DNA of 50,163 bases, the filler included, from Sphacelaria rigidula (taxonomy: Eukaryota), in the NCBI GenBank assembly GCA_964200075.2. It is 3 parts of 3 records of this genome, joined end to end, with 100 filler letters (N's around TTAATTAATTAA, not from the genome) between each part and the next. Parts side by side here need not be neighbours in the genome. Positions count along the whole stretch, not along the records: positions 1 to 16,658 come from CAXNAA020001288.1; 2 more parts are not named here. One strand, written 5' to 3'. Made by a program: the position numbers and the translations under genes. This document shows, in pieces, positions 1 through 11,656 of the stretch; within the stretch, counting starts at the first letter, position 1; every line of letters begins with the position of its first letter. The notes under the pieces were generated by a model. The model made no database searches. It was not told where the DNA came from and saw nothing but the letters and a program-made list of their open reading frames with translations.

Positions 1-2723
1 CTCCAGACGACGACTGCTGTATCTCTTTCTTCTTTCTGGCAGGTCTAGGTCCCCCACCCGAAATCGCAATTTCATACGCTCGAGGGGGGGTAAAAGATAG
101 CAGCAGCTGCCAGGGCACATGAAAATTGTTTTATAGAATCTTCGATTTCAGACTAACCTGCATAGACTACTTGTTGTTAGGGCATTTCTTGCCGTCGTCT
201 CGCAAGGTGCTTGTTGGCGACACAACTCGTGTCCAGGGCTTTTCAAGAAAATGTTCAAGCGAACACAGAGCACGGAGCAGTCCTCCAGATCTCGAGGCGG
301 GTGCTGAGTGGTTCTCTTTTGAAAATGCGCAGCTGCACTTGTTACATATGGAGAATGGTATTGGGTTTCCGAAAGCGAACCGGGAAAATCCCTGTCATTT
401 GTTGGCGCAAGAGATGAATGATTTTGTCGGCGTACGGGTTGTGTTGAGCTGTCTCGCCATTTGGTTTGCGTCGCGAGTGGAGCGCAAGTGTCAGCAGTCT
501 ACCGCCCACCCAATCATTTCATAGTATCGTACACATCGGCATTTATTTGTTGTGCGTCCTCAGGTCTTGTGCTTGTGAATCAAATAGCGTCCGTTGCGTT
601 TCGTGAGCACCGTACCGTGCCATCAACGGAAAAGTGTAGCCAGTACAGCGCAGTCATCACATGTAAATGTAGAACTCTGCTGTGCGGTACAGACAGCACT
701 GCATACGTGTGTTGCATATAGTTAGAGAGTTTCAGGTCGTTCCAGCTATAATATACGAGACGTTTGTCTTTCGTGACAGTTTTTTGTCCCTTCCGGAGAG
801 GGGGCCATCGCGGCGTCACTCTGTCGACGCACAGCCAATGACGACGTTCTGCAAGCAAATGATGATTTCTTCAGCCGCGGCACTGCTGTAATGACCCCGG
901 CTTTTCTTGCCCTCATGGCATTTAGCTTTTTGTCTCTGAGAGTCTCAACTGGAAATTCAAACAAGAAAACAATAATACTCAACGCGCGAGCACGCCAAGC
1001 AAGGGCATCTGATCATGTCAGTCGTCGACACGGACATACTCAGTACTGACGTGACATGGCGCGGCGCTTGAACTAGAATCGCACTCTGTGTCCCTCTCTG
1101 TGCTATGGTGCCGTAGTACACACAGCATAGAAAAGAGCTATGTCTGACAGAGCAACCGTTGAGCTGAAGAGCAGTGTCGCGCCAACAACAAACAAGATCA
1201 TGGCGTCGGCATACAATCGCGTTCAACCAGATGAGTGTCGCTCCTTGTGTTTATTGGAAGCTGCCTTGGATGAGCATTTTTCTTGTCAATGTTTTACCCA
1301 TGGTCACCTACACAAACGTATAATGTCGAGGGCTTGCAGTGGCCCGAGTACATCGTAGGCAAAGTACTCACATCCCAACTGGATCGGGACGTTTCGAAAT
1401 TGTGATCCAATGCGACAAGTGCTGTTGGTGCTTGCAAACGCCCTCTTGACCGCTGGATATTTATAGCTATCATGCTGGGTAGTCGTGATGACGCGTCACA
1501 ATACATGGCCGCTTCGCTTCGGGGAGGTTTGAGATAATGAAATCGTTTTTTCTCGGCACAATTTGGGCATCCAACGCAGCCAAGTTTTGTTCCCTATTTT
1601 TTACTTGCGGAAGACCTTTCCCACCTGAAGTCATGTTGCAGAGGTCGGCCACCTTCTATTTTTTTCTCCTTGCTTTGTTTTATTTGTCCAGCTCCGGTCT
1701 GTTTTCTCGTTTGTTCCGTCTTTCTGTTTTCTTCACTTTTATCCAGCGAATGCCTTTGCATTTTGCTCATCTTTGGTACGTCTGTCATGTGACCACGACT
1801 GGATCCCTGGTGGACCATATTTACTGTGCGATGATCACAGAAATGAATGAATGGACTTTGGAAACTAGCGTGGTCAAGATTGCTAAATAATGCAAACACC
1901 CGGAATTTGCCGATGAATTCTCGTCGGGAGCGAAGAGGAATCATGCGTAAGCTGTTGCGCTGCGTGCGCTGACACCTGTACTGACGACGTGCGCAATATA
2001 ATTTTGATTCATTCAACCATGCATTCGTCCTTCGCTTTATATTTAGAGATTAAGTGGGGATAACGGGAGTTTCGGACGTTCTGATAGCGTCCATTGTCAG
2101 AACAAATTGGAAGGAAAACTCATGATAAAAAAACCTTCGTGCACATGTGCCTGTAGCTCCTTACCACCTGCCCCGGTCGTACACTGATTGTGACACATCA
2201 TGGAAAACAATTCAACACAGGGCAAGTAACAGGTCATTATGAGTTATATCCAAACGCCAAAATAGGGGATTCTATATTTGGTCGTGAACACGCGCGCAAT
2301 AAAAAAATGAGTCATTCGGTAGTGCTAACTGTGGTTGTTTAATAAAAGGAGCCCGAGGGCTTCGCAGTCGGGAAGAAAAAGGATTCATTCGCCCTGCAAA
2401 TTTCATCAAAATATTTGTTCTTGTAAGGCTGCAGTCAACAACTTGCTCGAACTGGCTCTCGCATGTGCATGCAAGATGTAGACCCTGCTTCCCAGCCAGT
2501 GTTGGAGTTTTATCACGCCGGCGTACATGAAGGCTGTAGCAGTTCCCGTCGTTGACTGAGCGACCTACCCTACACGTGACTGCACAGCACTAGCATCCTT
2601 CCTTGACCCTTTTACCGCTGGCCCCCTAGGGTGGACCATAGTTGGACACCTGCCTGAAAAACGGCAGCTGTGCTCATATTGAAGACGCCACACTACACGA
2701 GCTGAGAGGGTGTCATTTGAGAG

Positions 2724-3462
2724 TAAGACCGACTCTAATGGAAGCCGTTCGGATTTTATTTTTCGAAAAATTTGAACAGGTCGTCACAAAAGCGACCATT
2801 ATGGAACAATATCACCAAGATTAAGACCCCCAAATTTCTAAACAGACCCAAAAAATTGCAAAATTTTGGTCAAGCGCTCAGAATTAGGGGACGATTCTAA
2901 ACGCTTGAGGACCTGTTTGAAAGTTGGCACAAAGGGTAAAATGGGACATGCCATGTTTTGTTGTACAACAGCACTCGCAGATGCCTCTCTCATGTGCTGC
3001 ACCTATCACTGCACGATCGTTTATTAGAACCTTGCCAAACCTGTCTGGTCTCTGTTGGATTACCTGAGCTGCTGTACTACTTTTGCATTCCGAACAACTG
3101 CAGTTGGCAGGCAGTGCTGTCTTGTCGAAGTTGAAAATGCAGTGCTGTTGACACGAAGTTATAAAAGTCACGTGACTAGTCATGGGCGCACAGCTGGTTT
3201 CCATCGCCAGCGGTAGCCACGCTGGCTTTACTCCCATCACCAGCAGTAGCCACGCGTGAGACGCACTCGACGTGCACAGCTTCCACAGAGAGAGATGCGC
3301 GCAGCTATATCTCCCAGCACTTCGCCGAGTGAGCAAGCATGGGCCCATCGGCCGGTAGTACGGACTAGCGCTTTCCAGCACGGTGCCTATCACGCAGAAG
3401 GTGAGTGGGCGTTGTCGCACGATCGAAACGCGGACCGTCTCTCGCGCGAGGAAGAGCAGCAA

Positions 3463-3494
<32 letters not shown>

Positions 3495-4529
3495 GCAGTA
3501 TTGGTATCGGCTGATTTAGACCCACCCCCAGCCGTACACATCTACCGGCAGTAAAGATGCTGCTGCTGCTGCTATTGCTTTTTCTCCTTTTCGTGTGGTA
3601 GACGGTCCGTGTTTCGACCCGCGACAATGTCCATCACCCGGCGCGTTATTGCCTCACTTCTTCGAAGCGATTGTGATTGTTACCCCCACTGCATTTTCAG
3701 TACGTATCACTTGTTTTCCCTCTAATGGACGCTGGCCTTATTCCCATCACTAGCAATAACAACGTGTGTGAGACGAATTCGACGAACACAGCTCCCACAG
3801 AGAGATTCGCACAGCGATTTATCCCAGAACTTAGCCTAGTGAGAAAGCATGGACCCATCTGCGGGTAGTACGGAGTAGCGCTTTCCAGCATGCCGGCTAT
3901 CACGCGCAAGGTGCGTGGGCGTTGTCGCACCATCAAAATGCGGACCATTTCTCGCAGAGGAAGAGCAGCAACAGCAGCAGCAGCAGTATCGGCACCGGCT
4001 GATTTAGACCCACCCACAGCCGTATATACCCACTGGTCGTGAAGCTGCTGCTGATGCTGCTGCTATTACTTGTTCTTCTTCTCGAGCGGGAGGCCGTCCG
4101 CGTTTCGACCGGCGGCAATGCTCATACACCCTTGCGCGTGATTGCCGCCCTGCCTGAAGTCGCTGGTCTATTCGTGTACTGTTACCGTCATTGCATCACT
4201 CGTCTTTTCCCTCTAAATTGGAACGGTGTGTGATTTCTTGTGAAAATTAATTTGTGAACCATTACGTCACTATCGCCATATCCCGATATGATTCTCACTT
4301 TCCTTGTTTCGTTGAAAAGCCGCCTTATGTTACATGTCTTTTGGGGGTGCTGTTGTAGAGATGCGCACCTCCTAGGTCACGCCAACTTCAACATCCATGT
4401 ACAAAGCAATTTTTTTGCAATGATTATGTACTTTTTGGTACCGGTTCAAAATCGTGGCGGAAAAAAAACGCGTTTGAAATTATTGAAAAACAAAATGTTG
4501 AGTGGCCCCCATTATTAGAGTTGGCCTCA
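2724..4529. mobile_element. Putative non-autonomous TIR element (~1.8 kb) with an internal tandem duplication
   Basis: Degenerate TIRs (taagaccgactctaatgg... vs revcomp tgaggccaactctaataatgg...) with similar AT-rich subterminal sequence; gag flanks both ends (2721-2723 / 4530-4532). Confidence 0.5.
3219..4160. repeat. Two diverged tandem copies (~510-bp period), each with a CAG tract and an internal inverted repeat
   Basis: 3219-3665 aligns with 3729-4160 (acgctggc...cccatcac...agcatgg...gtagtacgga...gctttccagca...gggcgttgtcgcac...gaggaagagcagcaacagcag...ggctgatttagacccacc). Confidence 0.9.
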
Positions 4530-5103
4530 GAGATTTATATGGAAGTACACAAAGGAATATATCCACACAAGGACATTTTACTTGCCATTTGATTAGACCA
4601 GATGGACAGACCAGCGACATTGGCCAAATAGAGAAAAATTGCATAATGTACAATATGTCCAACGTCACATTTATCCAGTGCGGGCTTCCGGGTGAATACT
4701 TGATAACAGGGCTGTGCAAGTTAGACGGAAATAGAGCAATGGTGGACCGCAGCACTGTAATGCCTGTATTTAGTCATCAACATCCTGTACAGATTATTGT
4801 ACGCTGTTCCGAAAGTCACGTCACGACAGCGTGAGGTGCACGTCATCCGCAGGATGGTCAGCCGACTATATTGTACCGAAACGAGGCCCGACGCCCCAAG
4901 GTGTTGTTGAAGCTACAAGGGTGCTATTGTACTACAGTACAGTACAGGTGCGGCGCATGGTGTGGTTGCTGGTGTGGGGCGATGACCTCCAGGGTGCCTG
5001 CATCACTCGTACTGTTCTTACTTATGACATGCAGCCAGTGACCGGGTGTTACAGTATTAGTCCGCATCACGTCACACGCCGAAGCGCCAGCTATTCAGTT
5101 CAC

Positions 5104-5356
5104 CTGTAACTGAAGAAAAATGCCCTCTACCCCAACCGTCCTCGCCAACACTGTCTCCGCCATCATCTAAGTGTTCATCCCAGCCCTCGCTGTCCGGGGC
5201 AGACGGCGAATTCCTTCGCCATCGGCTGCGTTCTCTACCTCTATGCAAGCCAGTAGTATGAGGCCGACGCAATCCTCCTCGCTGGCGTGGTGTTGCACCA
5301 CAAAAAAAGGTTGTGGTGCTGCTAAGCAAACTTGAATCGGGTGATACTTCGTCCAT
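5104..5356 (-). CDS. Possible first exon of a divergently transcribed gene (MDEVSPDSS...DDGGDSVGEDGWGRGHFSSVT)
   Basis: ATG-initiated low-complexity ORF ending at an AG|GTGAAT donor, about 240 bp upstream of the + strand ATG at 5598; no downstream exons could be assigned. Confidence 0.25.
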
Positions 5357-5597
5357 ACTGTTCCATGGAAGCACTGAAAGGGAATTTCAGGGTATGCGCT
5401 CGTGCAAAGCCCACGCACGAGGCTGAAGATACTCGATATCTCTACATCTCTCGCGCTCAAACCGTTGGAAACGCCCAACCGGAACCCATGGCGCCGCATT
5501 TCCAATTTTGGTCATTGTCCGGATTCCGCGTCCTACATCCGGGCCTTGTTGAAGGCTCTGTGTACGGGGGTTTGACACTAGCAGACAAGATCTGATC

Positions 5598-8500
5598 ATG
5601 ACAGACTTCCGAAAATGGGACAAGTTTGATGCCGATGCGGTGGAGGCGGAGATTGAACACAATGTGAGAGAAAGTGCAAAAAACTGCGTGTTCATCCGCA
5701 AGACGCTAGTAGAACATTTTCAGCAATCAGGGTCCGATTGCCAGCGTGTTACCGCTGTCTCGGCCTGTTTCACACAACACAAGTGAACGGCGGGGTTCGG
5801 AGAAGTGATTTCACCACATGCCTGTGTCCTGAGTATCACTTGATTGTGACGAGCTACCCAAGGTTACTGAGATGTTGCTTGTATAGTAGAGTACAATATG
5901 CAGTACAGTCGTGCGAGCTGCGGACAGAGAAAACGAAAATATATGCAACATTTTCAATACCGTACGAGGTCGAAACAGCTTATTCAAGTCAGGATCTTTG
6001 CGGCAGAGTACTGTCTGTACCGCATCACACAGACTGGTCCAATTACTTGAGATTCAAGACCGCCCCCTAGTGCAAGCAGCCCGAGCAATAGCAAAATATA
6101 GCACAAGAAAATGGCTCCCTGCTATTGTGCAGTTGTCCTGGAGTGCGTCGTGCGGTCTGATCGAACATTCGGGCACTTTTTTCACTTCGCACAATGCCAT
6201 CACATGCGATAGGTCATGCGCCTATTATAGTGGCGGTATCGTACGTTCCGGACGGATCGATCCAAAAATAAAAAACCAACAGAACCAGTAAGAGCTGAGT
6301 TCTCGGGCAATTTTCCTGAAATTCGATGTGCACATATGCTGACACCAAGGTAAGAACAGCGATGTGAATTTCGACACCCAATTCCTCGTCGTTCGAAAGT
6401 TAACCCGAGAACAAATATGCTCAGAAACGTCGCCAAAAATCTTTCCAAGCGCTCGGTAATGTGAATGTATTGGACTCCTCACTCGAGGCTCGAGAGTTAC
6501 ACCATCTACCCGGCTCCCAATCTAGAAGCTGGGATCGGCTCTGAGTGGAGGGGTGGGTAGTGACAGTATTCGGAGAAGGGCAACTCGTGTCGCCGACGTG
6601 CGTGGTGTGTTTGCAGATGGACGAGTAGTTTAGATGGGATCGTCATAAGTGCCAATGAAGAGTGAAATTAACATACGGTAATAGACAAGCTAGATCAGGG
6701 AAGAGTGGTGTGGTCACGTCAGATGAAAGAGACAAGAACTGAGGTGGAATAGTTGGTTACATATGCACAGAAGGGACATGCCCCTACGGGCAGATTGCAT
6801 TGCGGGGCTTGGAAAACGTAAGGGGGGGGGGGTATCCGCAAGTCGGCTTGGTTCGTGTCGAGGCTGGTGCGATTGCGCTCAGTGCAATCTCCAGGTGGGA
6901 GCCAACGGTCGGATAAGTGAGGAGTCACGCTGTTTTTGGGTGGGTGATTCATGAGGTTTTCCCTACCCCCCCTACCCCCCCCACGCCATGGGGGCGGGAG
7001 TGCATAATGTGATAAAATTCGAAAGCAACTGCAAAAAATGTTCGATTCTGTGTTTGAAAAGAATCGAGATTTTGTGCAGAAGCGGATGAGAATTTTCCAG
7101 ATCTGGAGTGCGGTTGAAGTATATTGAAGCTATTTCGGAACATATGTGATGTGACCGTGTGCATGAGTCAGTTAAGAGCCTCAGTATGCAGGAAGCAGTC
7201 GAGATACAAGGGCAAGTGCAAACACGACTAAGCGACAGTAGTGGGGTGCGGAGTAAGCTCGAGGTGTGTGAGTTACGGGATACGGGCGTCGCGACTATCA
7301 GCGAGTTAGGGCATCTCGAATCGCTGCCGTAGCTCGTGCGTCCCGAGTGTTTTCTGCAGGTTTTCATTTGCCCTCCCACCACCCCCTGTACGTGGTGAGA
7401 ATTGGGTTATGAGCGGTACATGGCGCCACTGTCGAGGGTTTTTTCCTGGGAATCGGGTTTTTCCTCGCAGAGGTTTTACGGAGGGCTGGGTTTTCCCGCG
7501 GCAGTGTTGAGATTTATACGTTTCTGAACATCCTTCAGACCACCCACCCAATGCTTTCGACGGAGGAAGTAGCGCAGAGGAGGGTGTTCGATGGGAGGGC
7601 CCAGCAGGAGTGTGATATATAATAAGTAAGGCCTGCGCCCCTGCGGTGGACTGTTCGTTTTCCTTTATCCTGTTCAAGCGTGCATGGAGGGGATCGTGAG
7701 CACGCGATCGTGAGGGAACTCATCTGATTTTTAGTCGCAGGCCCGGTCCCAGCGCTATACACGTAGCGGACTAGAGGAGGCCGTGGGTCGACGGAACCAT
7801 GGTACCCCCTTCGTTGGCCGACACACGTTGTCGCCGGTGTTTCAGTGGGGTAAATTGTAGGATGCGTGTACTTTTTTCCCATCTGGTACACGCCGGTGGG
7901 GTTCTTGTCGGCAGGACGTTGGCTAGAGGCGTGTGTACACCACAAAGTGGGTGCACACGCAGGCTGGTGGAGAGATTTGCGTTGGTGTGAGGCTGGTGCG
8001 ATTGCACTCAGTGCCATCTTCAGGTGGGAGCCAACGGTCGGATACGTGAGGAGTCACACTGTTTTTGAATGGGTGATTCATGAGGTTTTTCCCACGCCCC
8101 TTACCCCCCCCACGCCAGGGGGGGGGGAGGGGCGGGAGGTGCATAATGTGACAAAATTTGAAAGCAACTGCAAAAAAGCTGAGTTCTCGGCCAGTTGTCC
8201 TGAAATTTCATGTGCACATATGCTGACGCCAAGGCAAGAACAGCGATGTGAATTTCGACACCCAATTCGTCGTCGTTCGAAAGTTATCTCGATAACAAAT
8301 ATGCTCGGAAACGTCGACAAAAATCTTTCCAAGCGCTCGGGAATGTAAGCGTATTGGACTCCTCACTCGAGGCTTGAGAATTACACCATCTACCCGGCTC
8401 CCAATCTACGTTTGCACACAAATCTTGCACACGTCGGACAGATCATTACCTGTGCCACCCGGTTCATGTAGGTAGAGGGTGAACACTTTAGTGTACACGA

Positions 8501-11014
8501 TTCTATGGAACGGTCCTCGTGTTCCGGGCATCATCGATCGCGAGGGAGGTATCTCGTACGAGTTATGAATATACAGAGGTTATTGTTGTTAGCGTTTCGA
8601 GTACACCTGATTCGGATTACACAGGTGTGCCTGAGGAGGAGATGTACAGATAAACAGAGTATAAAGTCAACTACGGAAGCCCTGGTATGAATACCCGGGT
8701 CATACAGATCACCCTCAATCGGACTTGTACGAATCACAGGGCCATACAGATCGTTCATCAGGCCATGTGTACAGAGCAACCGAGTTTTTCAGGTCACCAG
8801 CCGAGAAATGTGTATAGGTGAGACGGGTCATACGGCTACAGATCAACCACAGATCGCACAGGTCATACGGCTGATCGTCGAGCACGGTCACCCGTGCTTC
8901 ATCAACGCCGGTAACGTACACGTCGATAACTCTCCCCCGGAAAAAATTGTCAGACGCTGGCCGACAGCGTCATGATGAGTCAATTGAGCATGAGGGTACA
9001 TCCTGTTTTCTCCTTTTCCCGCGGCGAATGAGTGCGCACCCTGAACGAGAAAAAGCGAAAACAGTCGTCCATACTGCCGCTGGCGAAACTGAACATACGT
9101 CTCATCTACGTAAATCACAACCATTATTCTCCATACTGCCGCTGGCACAACTGAACATACGTGTTATCTACCCAAACGACAACCATTATTCCTCCCCACT
9201 ACTGCTACTGCTACCGGAGTAAAGAAGTCCAAATTACGTTCCGCCACGACGCTAAGCTCTAAGAGCACACGAAAAAAGTGCTATCAAGTCAAGTCAATGC
9301 TAGTGCTCAGAGGCCGCTGCTGTAGTTACTATTTGAGTGTGAACTGGGTGGGTGTTGCTATCAGCAAAGCGAGGCGTGCTGTGCGAGATGACCTCGCCCC
9401 TTAGGCTCATGACATATCCCGTTTCTTCGACACGTCTGCACTGTGTCGAGCATGCCAGCAGATCAACGTTCCACAGTGATACTCGCATCAAAGTAACACT
9501 CCAGTGTGCCGCAAGAACTCCGCCAAGTTGTTCAGCCTCCTCACTACCACGATGCCCATAACGCAAATTACTGTGTGTGATAATCCTGTCAATAAGTGCC
9601 CCGTTGGACATTGCCCCCAAGACTTGAACATGATGGTGGAAAAAAAGTGTTTCGTTCATGTCGTTTTTACTCCCTTTCTGAAACAATAGGCACAGCTTGC
9701 CCAAGCCACGCGCGCACGGATCGCCGAGGAGCAGAGCGTGCTCAACCATTGCGACGCCCGCGTGGCTACACTTAAATCTGAGGTGCGTGAGGATATGTTA
9801 ATTTGAGAGTGCATGCCGTGTGTGACAAGGCTCAAGCGGCAGGCTGAGACAAGATCCTCCTGCTTGTTGTAAAAAGCGATGGTGTGGTAGTGTCGGTAGT
9901 ATGGACGGCAATACCGCGGCCGCTCACGTGTGGTTGATTGAGCACTCTTCATCGCTGTATCCGTTCCAGGCAGGCTTGAGAAGGCAAGGAGGAGGATTCC
10001 TCGCGGTGGCCGTTGTGTCGAGAAGTATGGCCTGCGGAGTATTGGGCAGTGCGTATTGCTGTACCAAGCGTGACCCCAGATCGCCACGTATTGCCTTTAC
10101 TCTTTTCCGGAGGGACCAAGGGTTTCAGGCACCCGTCTCGAACTTCTACTCCTCCTGATTTTTTTATCACTTTCCACAGAATCATGCCCATTCTTGCTTC
10201 ATCTCATTGTATCTTCATACGTCTACATTGCGTGCTTTGTTCGTATCCAGGCGGCCGTGCGAGCGCTCAGAGCGAAGCGCGCGCTTAGAAAAGGCCGACA
10301 ACGGTCCCATCCTTCAACGGATCACCAACACTGTCACCCGAACCACCTAGAAGAACAACAACAGTCACCACAACCACCACAGCAACGACAGAAGGCCGAT
10401 GGAAAACCGACCCATTCCGCCAGCGGACAACGCGGCCCCGAGGGCGGTGACTGCAACATGGCCGTGCTGGCTGCTCGTGCGAAGGAACAAGCAGAAAATA
10501 TGGAATCGCTTGCCCGAAATCTGCGGCACGCTCTGGAAATGAGGGACGAGGTCGTCGCTCTTGCTGAGGCTGGGGATTTGTATAGAGGTGAGGCCTCTTT
10601 ATTCGCCTGGTGAGGGGAGCAGGGATGGCGGTGGAGGGAGGTTGAGGGCGCGGGGGGAGGGTCAACTAGCGCTTTGTCGGTGAAGTGACGCTTTTCCAGT
10701 GAAGTCACTGTTGCCTTTGTCATGCGCTCTCAACGAGACCGGGTAGCAACGGGATGGATGAATTTATCGTGGTACGTGTGTTACCCTCACGCAATGCGCC
10801 TTTTCAACCACCTCCGTCCCCGGCGCTCGGAAACACTCGAGTCGTACATAATGTGTACTCGTATATACTATAGATCGCTCTGCTTCGCATCACACTTCCA
10901 ATTTTCCTATCCTTTCTCACATTGAAATGGAATGGAAAAGGGACAGAAGAGACAGACGACCTCAATGAAGAAAAGCAAGAACGGCATACAAGCAGAAGAA
11001 GGGACGGAAAGAAA
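5598..11014 (+). CDS. 5' exons of an uncharacterised protein with N-terminal 'MTDFRKWDKFDAD' motif (resembles the xxKWDKFD motif of RPAP3/Cdc37-like co-chaperones); 3' end unresolved
   Basis: Exons 5598-5663 (ATG...AAT|GTGAGA), 9690-9782 (AQLAQATRARIAEEQ...LKSE|GTGCGT), 10251-10587 (AAVRALRAKR...AEAGDLYR G|GTGAGG) and probably 10941-11014 (|GTAAGG). Phases are consistent. The family similarity rests on a short motif only. Confidence 0.7.
6294..8408. repeat. Composite repeat in intron 1: 231-bp block B (6294-6524, 8178-8408) and ~180-bp block A (6860-7038, 7989-8177) in direct orientation
   Basis: High visible identity between copies; order is B..A..AB; probably transposon-derived. Confidence 0.85.
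9069..9192. repeat. 62-bp tandem duplication
   Basis: ccatactgccgctggc...aactgaacatacgt...atctac...acaaccattatt occurs twice. Confidence 0.85.
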
Positions 11015-11289
11015 GTAAGGGCCATAGATTGACGATGACAATTCTTTCGCGCATCGCACCACGCAAATTCCAGACATTATCGTTCTAGTCCGAGTGACGT
11101 CCTTCCACGTGCGCAAGGGTGCGCAGGAAGGCGGAGCTGAGACCGGAGTCGTCGCTCGGCAAGTTCCCGCTGGGTTCTCTCGATCTATCCCTGGCCACTA
11201 CTTGTAGATCCGTCTTGACGTACACGTACAACTCCTGCCTCCCGGAATGCCAGTGGGCATCGAACGAGGCAAACGCGCTAGTGCCACCC

Positions 11290-11460
11290 CCAGTAGTGCA
11301 ATCGTACTTGAGCCATTTCCACTGCAAACGGAACTGCGTGACGTAGTGGGCACCCACCCAGATGAGTTACACAACCGAGATCAAGGAGTACTCTACGCCG
11401 AAAGAGAGAGTCTCGGACGCGTCGCGGGGAACGCCAACGACTACGTCGACGGCATGTGCA
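11290..11460 (-). pseudogene. Frameshifted fragment resembling the His-box of a USP (C19) cysteine protease
   Basis: Reads YSLISVV / (shifted frame) VTHLGG / AHYVTQFRLQWKWLKYD, matching YxLxxVxxHxG...GHY...W..yD; there is an in-frame TAA at 11367-11369 and no intron. Confidence 0.45.
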
Positions 11461-11656
11461 TGTAGCACTGCGCGTGTACATGTCGTGGTCTGTTCGCATT
11501 ATATTGCTTCGTCACTATTGGGGGTGGTGGGTGAATTCAAAAATGTGTTCGTTTTTAGACTGGCGGGTCTGCTCAAACGTAGTATGGAACTGGTTCTATG
11601 GTACAGGTAGGTATACGCCGGCCGGAAATGAACTATATTTCTAGTACATTTATTCA

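Noticed and set aside
2884..3627. 247-aa - strand ORF with poly-Leu, and the poly-Gln ORFs at 3256 and 16232
   Set aside because: Products of CAG/CTG microsatellites within repeats; no protein motifs or splice support
6294..8408. LTR retrotransposon or TRIM with 231-bp LTRs
   Set aside because: No TG..CA termini, TSD, PBS or PPT, and the extra internal repeat order does not fit
9069..9192. CRISPR-like repeat array
   Set aside because: Only two adjacent copies with no unique spacers, in a eukaryotic intron
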